DNA of 30,672 nucleotides from Minisyncoccota bacterium. Its GTDB lineage: Bacteria; Patescibacteriota; Minisyncoccia; Phycocordibacterales; JAACPR01. Both the position numbers and the translations under genes were made by a program. Location of the stretch: contig DATDYW010000056.1 of NCBI GenBank assembly GCA_036516995.1, forward strand, positions 1 to 30,672. The letters are read 5' to 3'. This document shows positions 1-7,158 of the stretch, in pieces. Numbering within the stretch: position 1 is the stretch's first letter; each line of letters starts with the position of its first letter. Under the pieces are notes generated by a model, which saw only the letters and a program-made list of their open reading frames with translations, did not search any database and had not been told where the DNA came from.

Positions 1-1
1 G

Positions 2-442
2 CCGGTCGAGACCCGAGACCTCTCCGTTGAGCGTCTCGGCGAGATTGCGCTCCGTTTCTTCCGGCTGCACCTCGAGGCCGCGGCTGGGCGCGGGTACGCC
101 GCGACGTTCACCGAGATCCGAGACCTGGTCGGCGCCGTGCCCGAGGAGGCGCTCCTCGGAGGGCCTCGGGTGGCGTTCCTGCGCGACCTCCGAGAGGGCG
201 GAAACCTCTCGCGGCCGCGGCACGGCCGGCAATCCGTCGGCTGGCTGGCGTTCGAGCGCAACCGCGCCGTCGCCCTAGCCGCCGCGATGGAGAGCGCGCG
301 CCGCGACGACCTCGGTTTCGAGGACGTCGTGCGCGAGCGGGTTGAGCGGTTCGCGAGCGTGGCTAAGGTTCCGCCGCCCGAAGCCGCGAGCCTCCTCCTC
401 TACCTGGCGCGGGAGAGGGCAGACCGCGGATGCGAGCCGTGA
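2..442 (+). CDS. Hypothetical protein, 5'-truncated at the window edge
   Basis: Frame is open from position 2 (PVETRDLSVERLGEIALRFFRLHL...) through the track ORF 137..442 to TGA; GC3-rich codons; no family recognised. Confidence 0.55.
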   Translation, partial: PVETRDLSVERLGEIALRFFRLHLEAAAGRGYAATFTEIRDLVGAVPEEALLGGPRVAFLRDLREGGNLSRPRHGRQSVGWLAFERNRAVALAAAMESARRDDLGFEDVVRERVERFASVAKVPPPEAASLLLYLARERADRGCEP

Positions 443-487
443 AGGCTCGCTTTTTCTTTTCTCCTTGGACGACGGGGCGCCCCGGGG

Positions 488-1573
488 CTAGCGGCCGCGG
501 AACCGATCGAGCCAGCCGAAAATTCCGTCGCTCTTTTTTTCGACGGGCGCGGCGACCGCTGCCGCCGCGGGGGTTGGCTGCTTTTCCGCTGCCGCGGCCG
601 ACGTCGGCGGAGCGGCCTCGTAGTGCGTCTCGACGCTCTGCTTCGCCGCGGCGACCCGCATCTCCCGCAGGAGCCGCCCCACGGTTACCTGCAGGTCGAA
701 CTCGCGGGGGATTTCCTCGATTGGTAGCACTCCGCGCTGCACGCCGGAGATAATTTCGATAACTAGGCTCGGCGGCTTGCCGCCGATGTCGGCAATCTTT
801 CCCTCGACGCGGCGGAGGGGGGCGTAGACGTCGGCCAGCCGCTTGGCGTTCTGGATTGCCGCCTCAAACTCGGCGGGGCCGAACGACTTTCGCTCTGCTC
901 TCGGCGCGGCCGGCGCGCCGACCACGGGCGACGGTGCCTCGGCGGAGGCTGCCGTTTTTCCTCCGACAAAAGGTGCTCCTGCTTCCGGCTGACGCGGCCC
1001 TTGCTCCGGTTTGGTAGGCCGAGGCGCCGCTTTCGCGGGCGCCGCTTTGGCGTCTGGGAGGTTGAGCCAGCGCTTCGGCTCGGCGGGGTCTTGCCCGGGC
1101 GGAACAACCTTTAATCCCTCCTCTTTTTCTCTCTCCCCGAGAGACTGCGGCCTTAGCGCCCGACGCTTGAGCGCGTTTTCTGTTTGTCGCGCGGCGCTCT
1201 TCACGAACGCACCCTTTCGCTCGGGTGTCATCTCGCGCAGCTCGCGCTTCTCGAGGTGCCCGTCGCCGCCGGCGTCGAAGGAGAGGCGTCGACGTCGCTT
1301 GATCTCGGGGTCTGTCTTGGGCAGAGCGGTCATAGCGCCCACGAGTCTCTCCGTGTTCAGGGTACTCAAATCGAGTGGCGCGTCGGCCGCAATTCTTTGG
1401 TCAGACGGCTCACCGGCCGCCCCTGTTTCTTCCGGTACTACCACCGCCGTCTGATTGGCCGACTTCGGGCGCTTCGCCCTAGGTGTCGGCTGGGAGAGCC
1501 GCGCCGAGGTCCGTGTCTCTGCTCCCGCGAGTGCCGCGCCCTTCGCCCCTGGCTCGTTTTCCTGATTTTGCAT
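488..1573 (-). CDS. Hypothetical protein (~361 aa), Pro/Ala-rich, with an amphipathic C-terminal tail
   Basis: Track ORF 488..1582. The ATG at 1582 overlaps a TAGAAT -10 box (1581-1586, minus strand), so the ATG at 1573 (7 nt after the box) is preferred. Ends ...SDGIFGWLDRFRGR. Confidence 0.7.
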   Translation of the reverse strand: MQNQENEPGAKGAALAGAETRTSARLSQPTPRAKRPKSANQTAVVVPEETGAAGEPSDQRIAADAPLDLSTLNTERLVGAMTALPKTDPEIKRRRRLSFDAGGDGHLEKRELREMTPERKGAFVKSAARQTENALKRRALRPQSLGEREKEEGLKVVPPGQDPAEPKRWLNLPDAKAAPAKAAPRPTKPEQGPRQPEAGAPFVGGKTAASAEAPSPVVGAPAAPRAERKSFGPAEFEAAIQNAKRLADVYAPLRRVEGKIADIGGKPPSLVIEIISGVQRGVLPIEEIPREFDLQVTVGRLLREMRVAAAKQSVETHYEAAPPTSAAAAEKQPTPAAAAVAAPVEKKSDGIFGWLDRFRGR

Positions 1574-1656
1574 AGTTGCCATTCTACGCGCATTTGGCAG
1601 GTTCGGCCAAAGATTGAAACTGGCCCAGGAAAATGCATAATGGCCCAGCCCTCAAT

Positions 1657-1739
1657 GCCCAGGTGGTGGAATTGGTATACACACACGCTTGAGGTGCGTG
1701 ACCGTTTACGGTATGCGGGTTCAAGTCCCGCCCTGGGCA
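1657..1739 (+). tRNA. tRNA-Leu (anticodon GAG)
   Basis: Acceptor GCCCAGG/CCTGGGC, D-loop GGAATTGGTA, anticodon stem CACGC/GCGTG with loop TTGAGGT, long variable arm, T-arm GCGGG-TTCAAGT-CCCGC, discriminator A; CCA not encoded. Confidence 0.96.
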
Positions 1740-1952
1740 CACAAGAAATCACCCCGCCGCCGAGGCGGGGTGATTCTTTTGATGTGTGTGCCCAGGGCGG
1801 GACTTGAAAGCCGGAGCGCACCGGAGCGAAGCGGAGGTCTTCGACGAGCTTCCCAGCGAGGAGAAGGCGCGAGCCGGGGTCGCGGGTACTTAGGTTTTTG
1901 GATTCGCAGAGCGAATTCAAAAAACTTAGTAACCCGTGACCAAGTCCCGCCC
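1720..1952 (+). repeat. tRNA-anchored structured element, copy 1 (arms match tRNA-Leu)
   Basis: Perfect 24-bp inverted repeat of the tRNA 3' end (1720-1743 / 1785-1808), then a 132-nt core (1809-1940) shared with the tRNA-His element, then a third T-arm copy CAAGTCCCGCCC (1941-1952). Confidence 0.9.
1747..1780 (+). terminator. Terminator-like hairpin after tRNA-Leu
   Basis: AATCACCCCGCC / GGCGGGGTGATT 12-bp stem followed by CTTTT. Confidence 0.65.
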
Positions 1953-2058
1953 CTCATAAAAATTTTATCGGTCCTTTACCCGCAAATTGTTTTGCTGGGG
2001 CGATGCTCGCGTCGAGAAAAACTCCGCCCCTTCTCGGTTCTGCTACACTCTCCACGCC

Positions 2059-3336
2059 ATGTGGGAACCCTTCGCCTTCGATCGGCGCGACGTCGCTGGC
2101 GTGCCCGTGTTCGTTCGCGCCGTGCCCTGGGTCACGGGCCACGCGGCAATTCGCGTTGCCTTCTCCGTCGGGGCGCGCTCCGACGTCGAGGGCCGCGAAG
2201 GGCTGGCGCACTTCTTCGAGCACCTGCCCTTCGACGGCTGCGAGGGGGCGCCGACCCACGACGACGTCGAGACCGTCCGCCACACGCTCTTCATGGACAC
2301 GCTCAACGCTTTCACCGGCATGGAGTACACCGTCTTCGTGGGCCGCTGCCGGACGGAGCGCATTCCCGAGGCGCTCGACTTCTTCCGCCGCCTCGTCTGG
2401 AAGCCAATCCTCGATCCCGCAGAGCTCGAGCGCGAGCGGCAGGTTATCGTCCGTGAAATTTGGCGCCTCTACGGCACGCCGAAGGACCTCGAGCTCGTTC
2501 GGCTGGAGTGGGCCGACCTGATGCCGCCGGGCCACCGCTTCGCCACACACTTTCGCCCGCTCGGGCGACCGGAGACCGTCGGCGCCGTGACCCGCGAGGA
2601 GCTCCTGGCTTTCCACCGCGAGCGTTACGTCCGCGAGAACCTCTCGATTTTCGTTGTCGGCGACGCGCCGGCCGAGGTGCTCGACCCGGCGATCGAGGCG
2701 CTCGTTGCCGCCGTGCCGAGCGGCGCCGCGTTCCCGGCGCCGACGCTCATTGTCGAGCCCCAGCACCCGCCCGTGCCGCTGCGCGACATTTCCTACAAAG
2801 AGTTCTTCGGCGTCTCGGAGGAGGCGCGCCCGAAGAACACCGAGGTCGAGTGGAGCCGCATCGTGCCGCGGCCGACGTCCGAGGGCCAGCTCCGGCTGGC
2901 GGGCCGCCTGCTCTCGCGCGTCCTCAAGGACGCGATTCGCGGGAAGTTCGGCGCCACCTACAGCGTCTCGACGTACGTAGACATCTTCCGCGACCTGGCG
3001 CTCGTCGGCGCCCACACCAAGGTTGAGCCTGCGCGGGCCGACGAGGTGCGCGCCCACGCCGAGGCGACGCTGGGAACGCTACTCGCCGCCGCGCCCGAGC
3101 ACGCGGCGAAGTTCGGCGAGGTGCGCCAGGCGATGCTCGACCGCGCCGAGGCCGAGGAGTTCCACACCGGCCGAATCGCCGACGACGCCGCGACCGACTG
3201 GGTGGTGGACGGCAAGATTGCGCTGAAGTCGGTGACGGTCGCCGACGTGCGTGCCGCTACCTACGCGGGAACCTGCCGGCTGCTCGCCGACAGCCTGCAG
3301 CCGGACAAGTGCCAGCGGCTGATCGTCCGACCGTAA
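2059..3336 (+). CDS. M16 family (insulinase/pitrilysin-like) zinc peptidase
   Basis: Inverted zinc motif HFFEH, LNAFTG..YT, ERERQVIVRE and IRGKFGATYSV (M16 C-domain). Start ATG 2059 lies 9 nt after TGCTACACT. Confidence 0.88.
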   Translation: MWEPFAFDRRDVAGVPVFVRAVPWVTGHAAIRVAFSVGARSDVEGREGLAHFFEHLPFDGCEGAPTHDDVETVRHTLFMDTLNAFTGMEYTVFVGRCRTERIPEALDFFRRLVWKPILDPAELERERQVIVREIWRLYGTPKDLELVRLEWADLMPPGHRFATHFRPLGRPETVGAVTREELLAFHRERYVRENLSIFVVGDAPAEVLDPAIEALVAAVPSGAAFPAPTLIVEPQHPPVPLRDISYKEFFGVSEEARPKNTEVEWSRIVPRPTSEGQLRLAGRLLSRVLKDAIRGKFGATYSVSTYVDIFRDLALVGAHTKVEPARADEVRAHAEATLGTLLAAAPEHAAKFGEVRQAMLDRAEAEEFHTGRIADDAATDWVVDGKIALKSVTVADVRAATYAGTCRLLADSLQPDKCQRLIVRP

Positions 3337-3343
3337 AAAGGAA

Positions 3344-3361
3344 AAGCCCCAATCGGGGCTT
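3344..3361. terminator. Short hairpin after the M16 gene
   Basis: AAGCCCC-AATC-GGGGCTT with an A-rich 5' flank. Confidence 0.5.
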
Positions 3362-3371
3362 CTAGGGTGCG

Positions 3372-3563
3372 CTACGCGGCGCACTCGGTTCGCCCGAGGC
3401 AGGGAACCGAGTGGTAGGCGTTGCAGCTGCGGCACCAGGCCTTCCGGTGGGGCACGCCCGTGTCGCGCGTCTTGTCGACGGCGGATTCGCGGGCGAGGCG
3501 AGGCTTGGCGAACGGCCGGAGAGATCCGGTGCTGGCGGTGTGGGAAGAGCAGTCGCAGACCAT
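3372..3563 (-). CDS. Possible small Cys/His-rich protein (63 aa)
   Basis: MVCDCSSH...WCRSCNAYHSVPC; a metal-binding-like spacing fills an otherwise empty gap, but competing overlapping ORFs exist. Confidence 0.35.
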   Translation of the reverse strand: MVCDCSSHTASTGSLRPFAKPRLARESAVDKTRDTGVPHRKAWCRSCNAYHSVPCLGRTECAA

Positions 3564-3673
3564 TCCCCGCCATTCTCGGTCTGGCTCTCTCGGGCGTCAA
3601 TCGCTAGCCGCACCGCGCCTCATACTGTAGATTGCGGCTCGAATGTTCTTGTCCCCGCCCGGTCCCAATTTAC

Positions 3674-3746
3674 GGTGCCTATGGTGTAACGGTTAACACT
3701 CGAGCTTGTGGAGCTCGCAATATGGGTTCGACTCCCATTAGGCACC
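3674..3746 (+). tRNA. tRNA-His (anticodon GTG) with encoded G-1
   Basis: G-1 at 3674 opposite C73; acceptor GTGCCTA/TAGGCAC; anticodon stem CGAGC/GCTCG with loop TTGTGGA; T-arm ATGGG-TTCGACT-CCCAT; CCA not encoded. Confidence 0.96.
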
Positions 3747-3966
3747 CTCGCTCCGATCCGAACCCGGCGCCGCGCCGGGTTTCGGCATTGGAGGAGCGAG
3801 GGTGCCTAATGGGAGTCGAAAGCCGCAGCGCACCGGAGCGAAGCGGAGGTCCGGCCCGAGCTTCCCAGCGAGGGCCGGGCGCGAGGCGGGGTCGCGAGCA
3901 CTTAGCCGAATGGGATTCGCAACGCGAATTCCACGAGGCTTAGTGACTCGTGACCGATTCCCATTA
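3727..3966 (+). repeat. tRNA-anchored structured element, copy 2 (arms match tRNA-His)
   Basis: Perfect 28-bp inverted repeat (3727-3754 / 3793-3820) around an inner hairpin, a 134-nt shared core (3821-3954) and a third T-arm copy CGATTCCCATTA (3955-3966; 11/12 match to the tRNA). Confidence 0.9.
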
Positions 3967-3987
3967 CGTACCTGCTATCCTCTCACC

Positions 3988-4527
3988 ATGTTTCTCGCAG
4001 AAATTCGTGGAACAAAAATCCACCTGAGGCCCTACCAGCCCTCCGACATTTCCGCTTGGCAGCGGTGGGACGTTGACCCAGAGGTGCAGAGGCATATGCC
4101 CGGCTCTCTCAACGCTCCCGTTTCGGATGAAAAGCAGCTCGAGTACCTAAAAGAGTGCGAGGGCGAGCGGGACGGGGTCTACTGGAGCGTAGCCAGCAAT
4201 GGCGGCGACGTCCTCATCGGCAGCGTTGCCATCACCGGCATCAGTGACGGAGCGGGAGAGCTCGGAGTCGTGATTGGAGAGAAAGATTACTGGGGGAAGG
4301 GAATCGCGCTGGAGGCTGTGACGTTGGCGTGCGGCGCGGCGCTCAGGGAACTTAACCTCAAGAGCGTCTTCGCCGAGTACGAGGAGGGAAACGTTGGTGC
4401 TCAGAAAGCGCTCGAGAAGGCTGGTTTTGTCAGAGAGGCTTTTCTGGAGGGCTCACGCGATAAAGACGGATTGAAGATAAACACTTTCAAATACGTCCTG
4501 ACTAACAAATTGCAAAACTCTGACTGA
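3988..4527 (+). CDS. GNAT family N-acetyltransferase (RimJ/RimL-like)
   Basis: IHLRPY..SD, ELGVVIGEKDYWGKGIA (acetyl-CoA motif A), N..AQKALEKAGFVREA. ATG 3988 is 6 nt after TGCTATCCT; the track's upstream extension runs through the tRNA element. Confidence 0.9.
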   Translation: MFLAEIRGTKIHLRPYQPSDISAWQRWDVDPEVQRHMPGSLNAPVSDEKQLEYLKECEGERDGVYWSVASNGGDVLIGSVAITGISDGAGELGVVIGEKDYWGKGIALEAVTLACGAALRELNLKSVFAEYEEGNVGAQKALEKAGFVREAFLEGSRDKDGLKINTFKYVLTNKLQNSD

Positions 4528-4530
4528 GGT

Positions 4531-4605
4531 TTGGAATGTAAATCGCCACGCCACTTCTCTCAAAAACAGTTCTGACTTCCTCCGCGACGGCACCCTAACG
4601 AGAAT
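4531..4605. repeat. Direct repeat R1 (family of three)
   Basis: TTGGAATGTA...CTCTCAAA..CAG..CTGACTTCCTCC.CGACGGCACCC.AACGAGAAT; homologous to 7081-7140 and 8149-8221. Confidence 0.88.
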
Positions 4606-4647
4606 AGAACTAGAAAACGCTTCTTGGGGAAGCGTTTTCTAGTTCTA
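4605..4647. terminator. 19-bp perfect hairpin between the convergent GNAT and TrmB-like genes
   Basis: TAGAACTAGAAAACGCTTC / GAAGCGTTTTCTAGTTCTA, 5-nt loop. Confidence 0.65.
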
Positions 4648-4676
4648 GCCGCTGAAACTTTTAGATGTCCTGTCGT

Positions 4677-5441
4677 TTAGGCCGTGAGCCACATTCTCTT
4701 AAAGACCTCGCGCATATTGGATGCGAGCATTCGGTCGTTGATTTCGACGAGGTAGTAAGGGTGCTGCTGCGTCACAATCATCACGATGCGGTCTCCGCCG
4801 ACCCACACCGAAGCGCTGAAGGACACGTCCTTAGAGAACTTGATGTCACGCACCGGGCGAGGCTGCTTCGACGCGAGAGCCCGTTCCGCTGGGGCATCGT
4901 TGCCCACGAGTCGCATCTTCGTCTTGCTGCTGAAGGGCTGCTTCCAGTACCAGCTGAGCCACTTCTGGTATGCCTCCAGGAAGGTGTAGTCCTGGATTCC
5001 CCACCACGTGCCGTCTAAGGCGAGCACGTCTGCCTGCCACTGCTCAATGTTTTCGTAGAGGAACTCCTCGAGCCTGTGCTCCTCGACAAAGCGAATCTTG
5101 GGCACGGGGTGGGTCTTGCCCGCAGAGATGTTCGCCGCCTCTGCCGCGACCTCTCGGAGCATCGCCGTCTTCTCGTCGAGTGCGCGTCGGTCACGCTCGG
5201 CCGCTTTCTCAAGGCTCGCGGGGGAGATGGGCGAAAAGCGGACGCTCTTGCCGCTAATATCAGCCTCTACGAAACCTTTGGACTGGAGGGACTGGGCCAC
5301 GCTGTAGACGGTGGCTCGATTTACCTTGGTGGTTTTGGACAGCTCCGCCGGAGTCGCCGGGCCGCTCCGCAGCAGGGCCAGGAAAATGGAAATCTCCTTG
5401 TCGTGCAGGCCGAGCCGACCGAGCGTTTCTTTTAGCGCCAC
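4677..5441 (-). CDS. TrmB-family winged-HTH transcriptional regulator
   Basis: LGLHDKEISIFLALLRSGPATPAELSKTTKVNRATVYSVAQSLQSKGFV is a TrmB-type N-terminal HTH, followed by a coiled segment and a C-terminal effector-type domain; GTG start. Confidence 0.85.
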   Translation of the reverse strand: MALKETLGRLGLHDKEISIFLALLRSGPATPAELSKTTKVNRATVYSVAQSLQSKGFVEADISGKSVRFSPISPASLEKAAERDRRALDEKTAMLREVAAEAANISAGKTHPVPKIRFVEEHRLEEFLYENIEQWQADVLALDGTWWGIQDYTFLEAYQKWLSWYWKQPFSSKTKMRLVGNDAPAERALASKQPRPVRDIKFSKDVSFSASVWVGGDRIVMIVTQQHPYYLVEINDRMLASNMREVFKRMWLTA

Positions 5442-5467
5442 GCCCGAAGGCTACTCCGTTGGTAGGT

Positions 5468-5710
5468 ATTCGTCAACAATTGTTGGACAGTCATCCACAC
5501 CTAGATGAAGGTGGCCTACTATATTTTCGGAGTAGGATACGGCTGACCAAACACCGCAATTACTCTTATGGAGGCTCCAGCTGAAGAAAACAAGGGCAGA
5601 GAGACTGAGTTCGCTCGTCTCTACGAAACACTCCTGCCAGAGGCTCAGGCAGCAGCCTCAACTGAGAAGGGGGTGCAGGATTCAGTTGTCGAAGATTCGT
5701 CAACAATTGT
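5468..5710. promoter_or_regulatory. Two identical 16-bp sites ATTCGTCAACAATTGT (5468-5483 and 5695-5710), candidate operators
   Basis: Exact direct repeat in the divergent intergenic region; the first copy extends into the palindrome CAACAATTGTTG, the second lies 10 nt upstream of the -35 box. Confidence 0.6.
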
Positions 5711-5720
5711 CCAACATATC

Positions 5721-5749
5721 TTGACAGATAGCAAAAAAGAGAATACAAT
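5721..5749 (+). promoter_or_regulatory. Sigma70-type promoter for the radical SAM gene
   Basis: TTGACA (5721-5726), 17-nt spacer, TACAAT (5744-5749). Confidence 0.8.
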
Positions 5750-5774
5750 TGAAGACAAATCAAGACCTATAAAA

Positions 5775-7007
5775 ATGAAAACTTATAACTATGAAGCTGA
5801 GGTCCTCAATCCTGAAGACCCTGCCCTGAATGCAGAGGCTGGAGCCGCTTTCAGTCGTTTTGTGGAAGCGTGGGCCGATAAAGTTGACCTGCGCGACCCC
5901 GCCTCGATTGAAGCTGCCCACGAAGCTGCCAGTGAAGCTGGCCTGTTCTCGCTTGCCGAGCGAGCCCGCGACTACTACTTCGGCAAGAACGTCCATACCT
6001 ACGGCGTGGTCTACCTCTCCGACCTCTGCGTCGAGGGGTGCGAGTTCTGCCCAGCCGGAATCCACAACCGCGAATACAAGTCGCGGACGCTCTCCACGAA
6101 AGAGCTCGTCGCAGACATCGCGGCGGTGCTCCTCCAGGGCCACGAGAAGGTCTGCTTCCTCCAGGCGAACTGGAAAGAGGCGGCGTTCCTTGCCAAGGTG
6201 GGCCACTGGCTGCCGGAGGTCATCAAGACGTGCGGACCGCTCGGCCTCAAGGAGCTCATCCTGAACGTGCAGACGCTCTCGGAGGCGGGCTACCGCAAGG
6301 TGTTCGCTATTCGGGATGCGGTTGACCCCGCCTTCACCATTCAGGTGCGGACGTTCCAGGAAACCTACGACCGCGAGGCCTACGCTGCGCTCATCCCAGA
6401 GGCCAAAGGTGGGGTTAAGCACGACTTCACCCAGCGCCGTGACACCCAGAAGGTGGCGTGGAAAGCGGGGGCTGACTCGGTTGGCCTCGGCGTCCTGTTC
6501 GGCCTCTCGCCGAAGCCGCTCGAAGAGCTCCAAAAGCTCATTGAGCACGCGAAGGAGCTCCAGTCGGAGGGGGCTAAGGTAGTGCGAATCTGCCTACCGA
6601 CCGCTCACTCGGTTGATGGCCTGAAAACCAGCATTCCCTTCGACCTCCCAACGTCCGACAAGGACTACCCGCACTTCGCGGAGTTGGTCTACAGCCTGGC
6701 CCGTCTCGCCTTGCCCGAAATGAATTGGGTTATGAGCGAACGGGACCCGGCCGAAGTTCGGGACCAGCTCGTGAAGTATGCGTCGGAGACGACGGTCGGA
6801 GTTCACCCCGGTGTTGGCGACAACCTGGACCTCTTCCTTGCGAAAGAGCGGGGTCTGCACTTCGAGCAGGCGACGGTCTACTCGGAAGAGCCGGACCAGT
6901 ACGTCGAGCGGATGGCCAAGAGTGGTTACACCGTGAAAATGGACGCGTCGACAGAGCGTCGGGAGAAAATCCGGAACACCATCCACAGTCTCGTTCTCGT
7001 TGGCTAA
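5775..7007 (+). CDS. Radical SAM enzyme, ThiH/HydG/NosL-like (aromatic amino-acid lyase type)
   Basis: YFGKNVHTYGVVYLSDLCVEGCEFC (CxxxCxxC), QETYDREAY, KHDFTQR, GADSVGLGVLFGL match ThiH/HydG-family blocks. No C-terminal Cys motif. Start moved to ATG 5775, downstream of the promoter. Confidence 0.82.
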   Translation: MKTYNYEAEVLNPEDPALNAEAGAAFSRFVEAWADKVDLRDPASIEAAHEAASEAGLFSLAERARDYYFGKNVHTYGVVYLSDLCVEGCEFCPAGIHNREYKSRTLSTKELVADIAAVLLQGHEKVCFLQANWKEAAFLAKVGHWLPEVIKTCGPLGLKELILNVQTLSEAGYRKVFAIRDAVDPAFTIQVRTFQETYDREAYAALIPEAKGGVKHDFTQRRDTQKVAWKAGADSVGLGVLFGLSPKPLEELQKLIEHAKELQSEGAKVVRICLPTAHSVDGLKTSIPFDLPTSDKDYPHFAELVYSLARLALPEMNWVMSERDPAEVRDQLVKYASETTVGVHPGVGDNLDLFLAKERGLHFEQATVYSEEPDQYVERMAKSGYTVKMDASTERREKIRNTIHSLVLVG

Positions 7008-7012
7008 ACAGA

Positions 7013-7039
7013 GCCGCCCATCTTCGGATGGGCGGTTTT
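7013..7039 (+). terminator. Intrinsic terminator after the radical SAM gene
   Basis: GCCGCCCATC-TTCG-GATGGGCGGT followed by a T run. Confidence 0.75.
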
Positions 7040-7080
7040 CCTTCCCTAGAGAATAGTGGCGAGCGGGGTGGGGCAGAGCA

Positions 7081-7140
7081 TTGGAATGTAGAAAGTTGAT
7101 TCGTTTCTCCTCTCAAACCCAGCCCTGACTTCCTCCACGA
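7081..7140. repeat. Direct repeat R2
   Basis: 31 nt (7110-7140, CTCTCAAACCCAGCCCTGACTTCCTCCACGA) identical to 8173-8203; TTGGAATGTA start shared with R1. Confidence 0.88.
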
Positions 7141-7158
7141 TGTCCACATATTTTAAAT

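Noticed and set aside
1622-1663. Three GCCCAG copies in the tRNA-Leu 5' leader
   Set aside because: Only 6-7 nt in GC-rich DNA and no equivalent upstream of tRNA-His; not distinguishable from chance.
1689-2456. 255-aa ORF spanning tRNA-Leu, the element and the M16 start (also 3632..3943 and the 3802 extension of the GNAT)
   Set aside because: They overlap tRNA genes and structured repeats; the similar translations in the two copies reflect DNA repeat identity, and the cores differ by a non-triplet length (132 vs 134 nt).
1954-3057. Long antisense ORFs (for example 1954..3057, 10384..11511, 15244..16164, 18221..19336) and the 5' part of 26476..27834
   Set aside because: Shadow frames opposite or overlapping well-supported genes, as expected in GC-rich DNA with strong GC3 bias.
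5655-5700. TPP riboswitch upstream of the ThiH-like gene (CTGAGA at 5662)
   Set aside because: The downstream ACCTGA and P4/P5 elements are absent, and the site lies upstream of the predicted promoter, so it would not be in the transcript.
5568-5774. 69-aa N-terminal extension of the radical SAM ORF
   Set aside because: AT-rich, low-complexity translation containing a consensus TTGACA-17-TACAAT promoter and a repeated site; better read as intergenic DNA.
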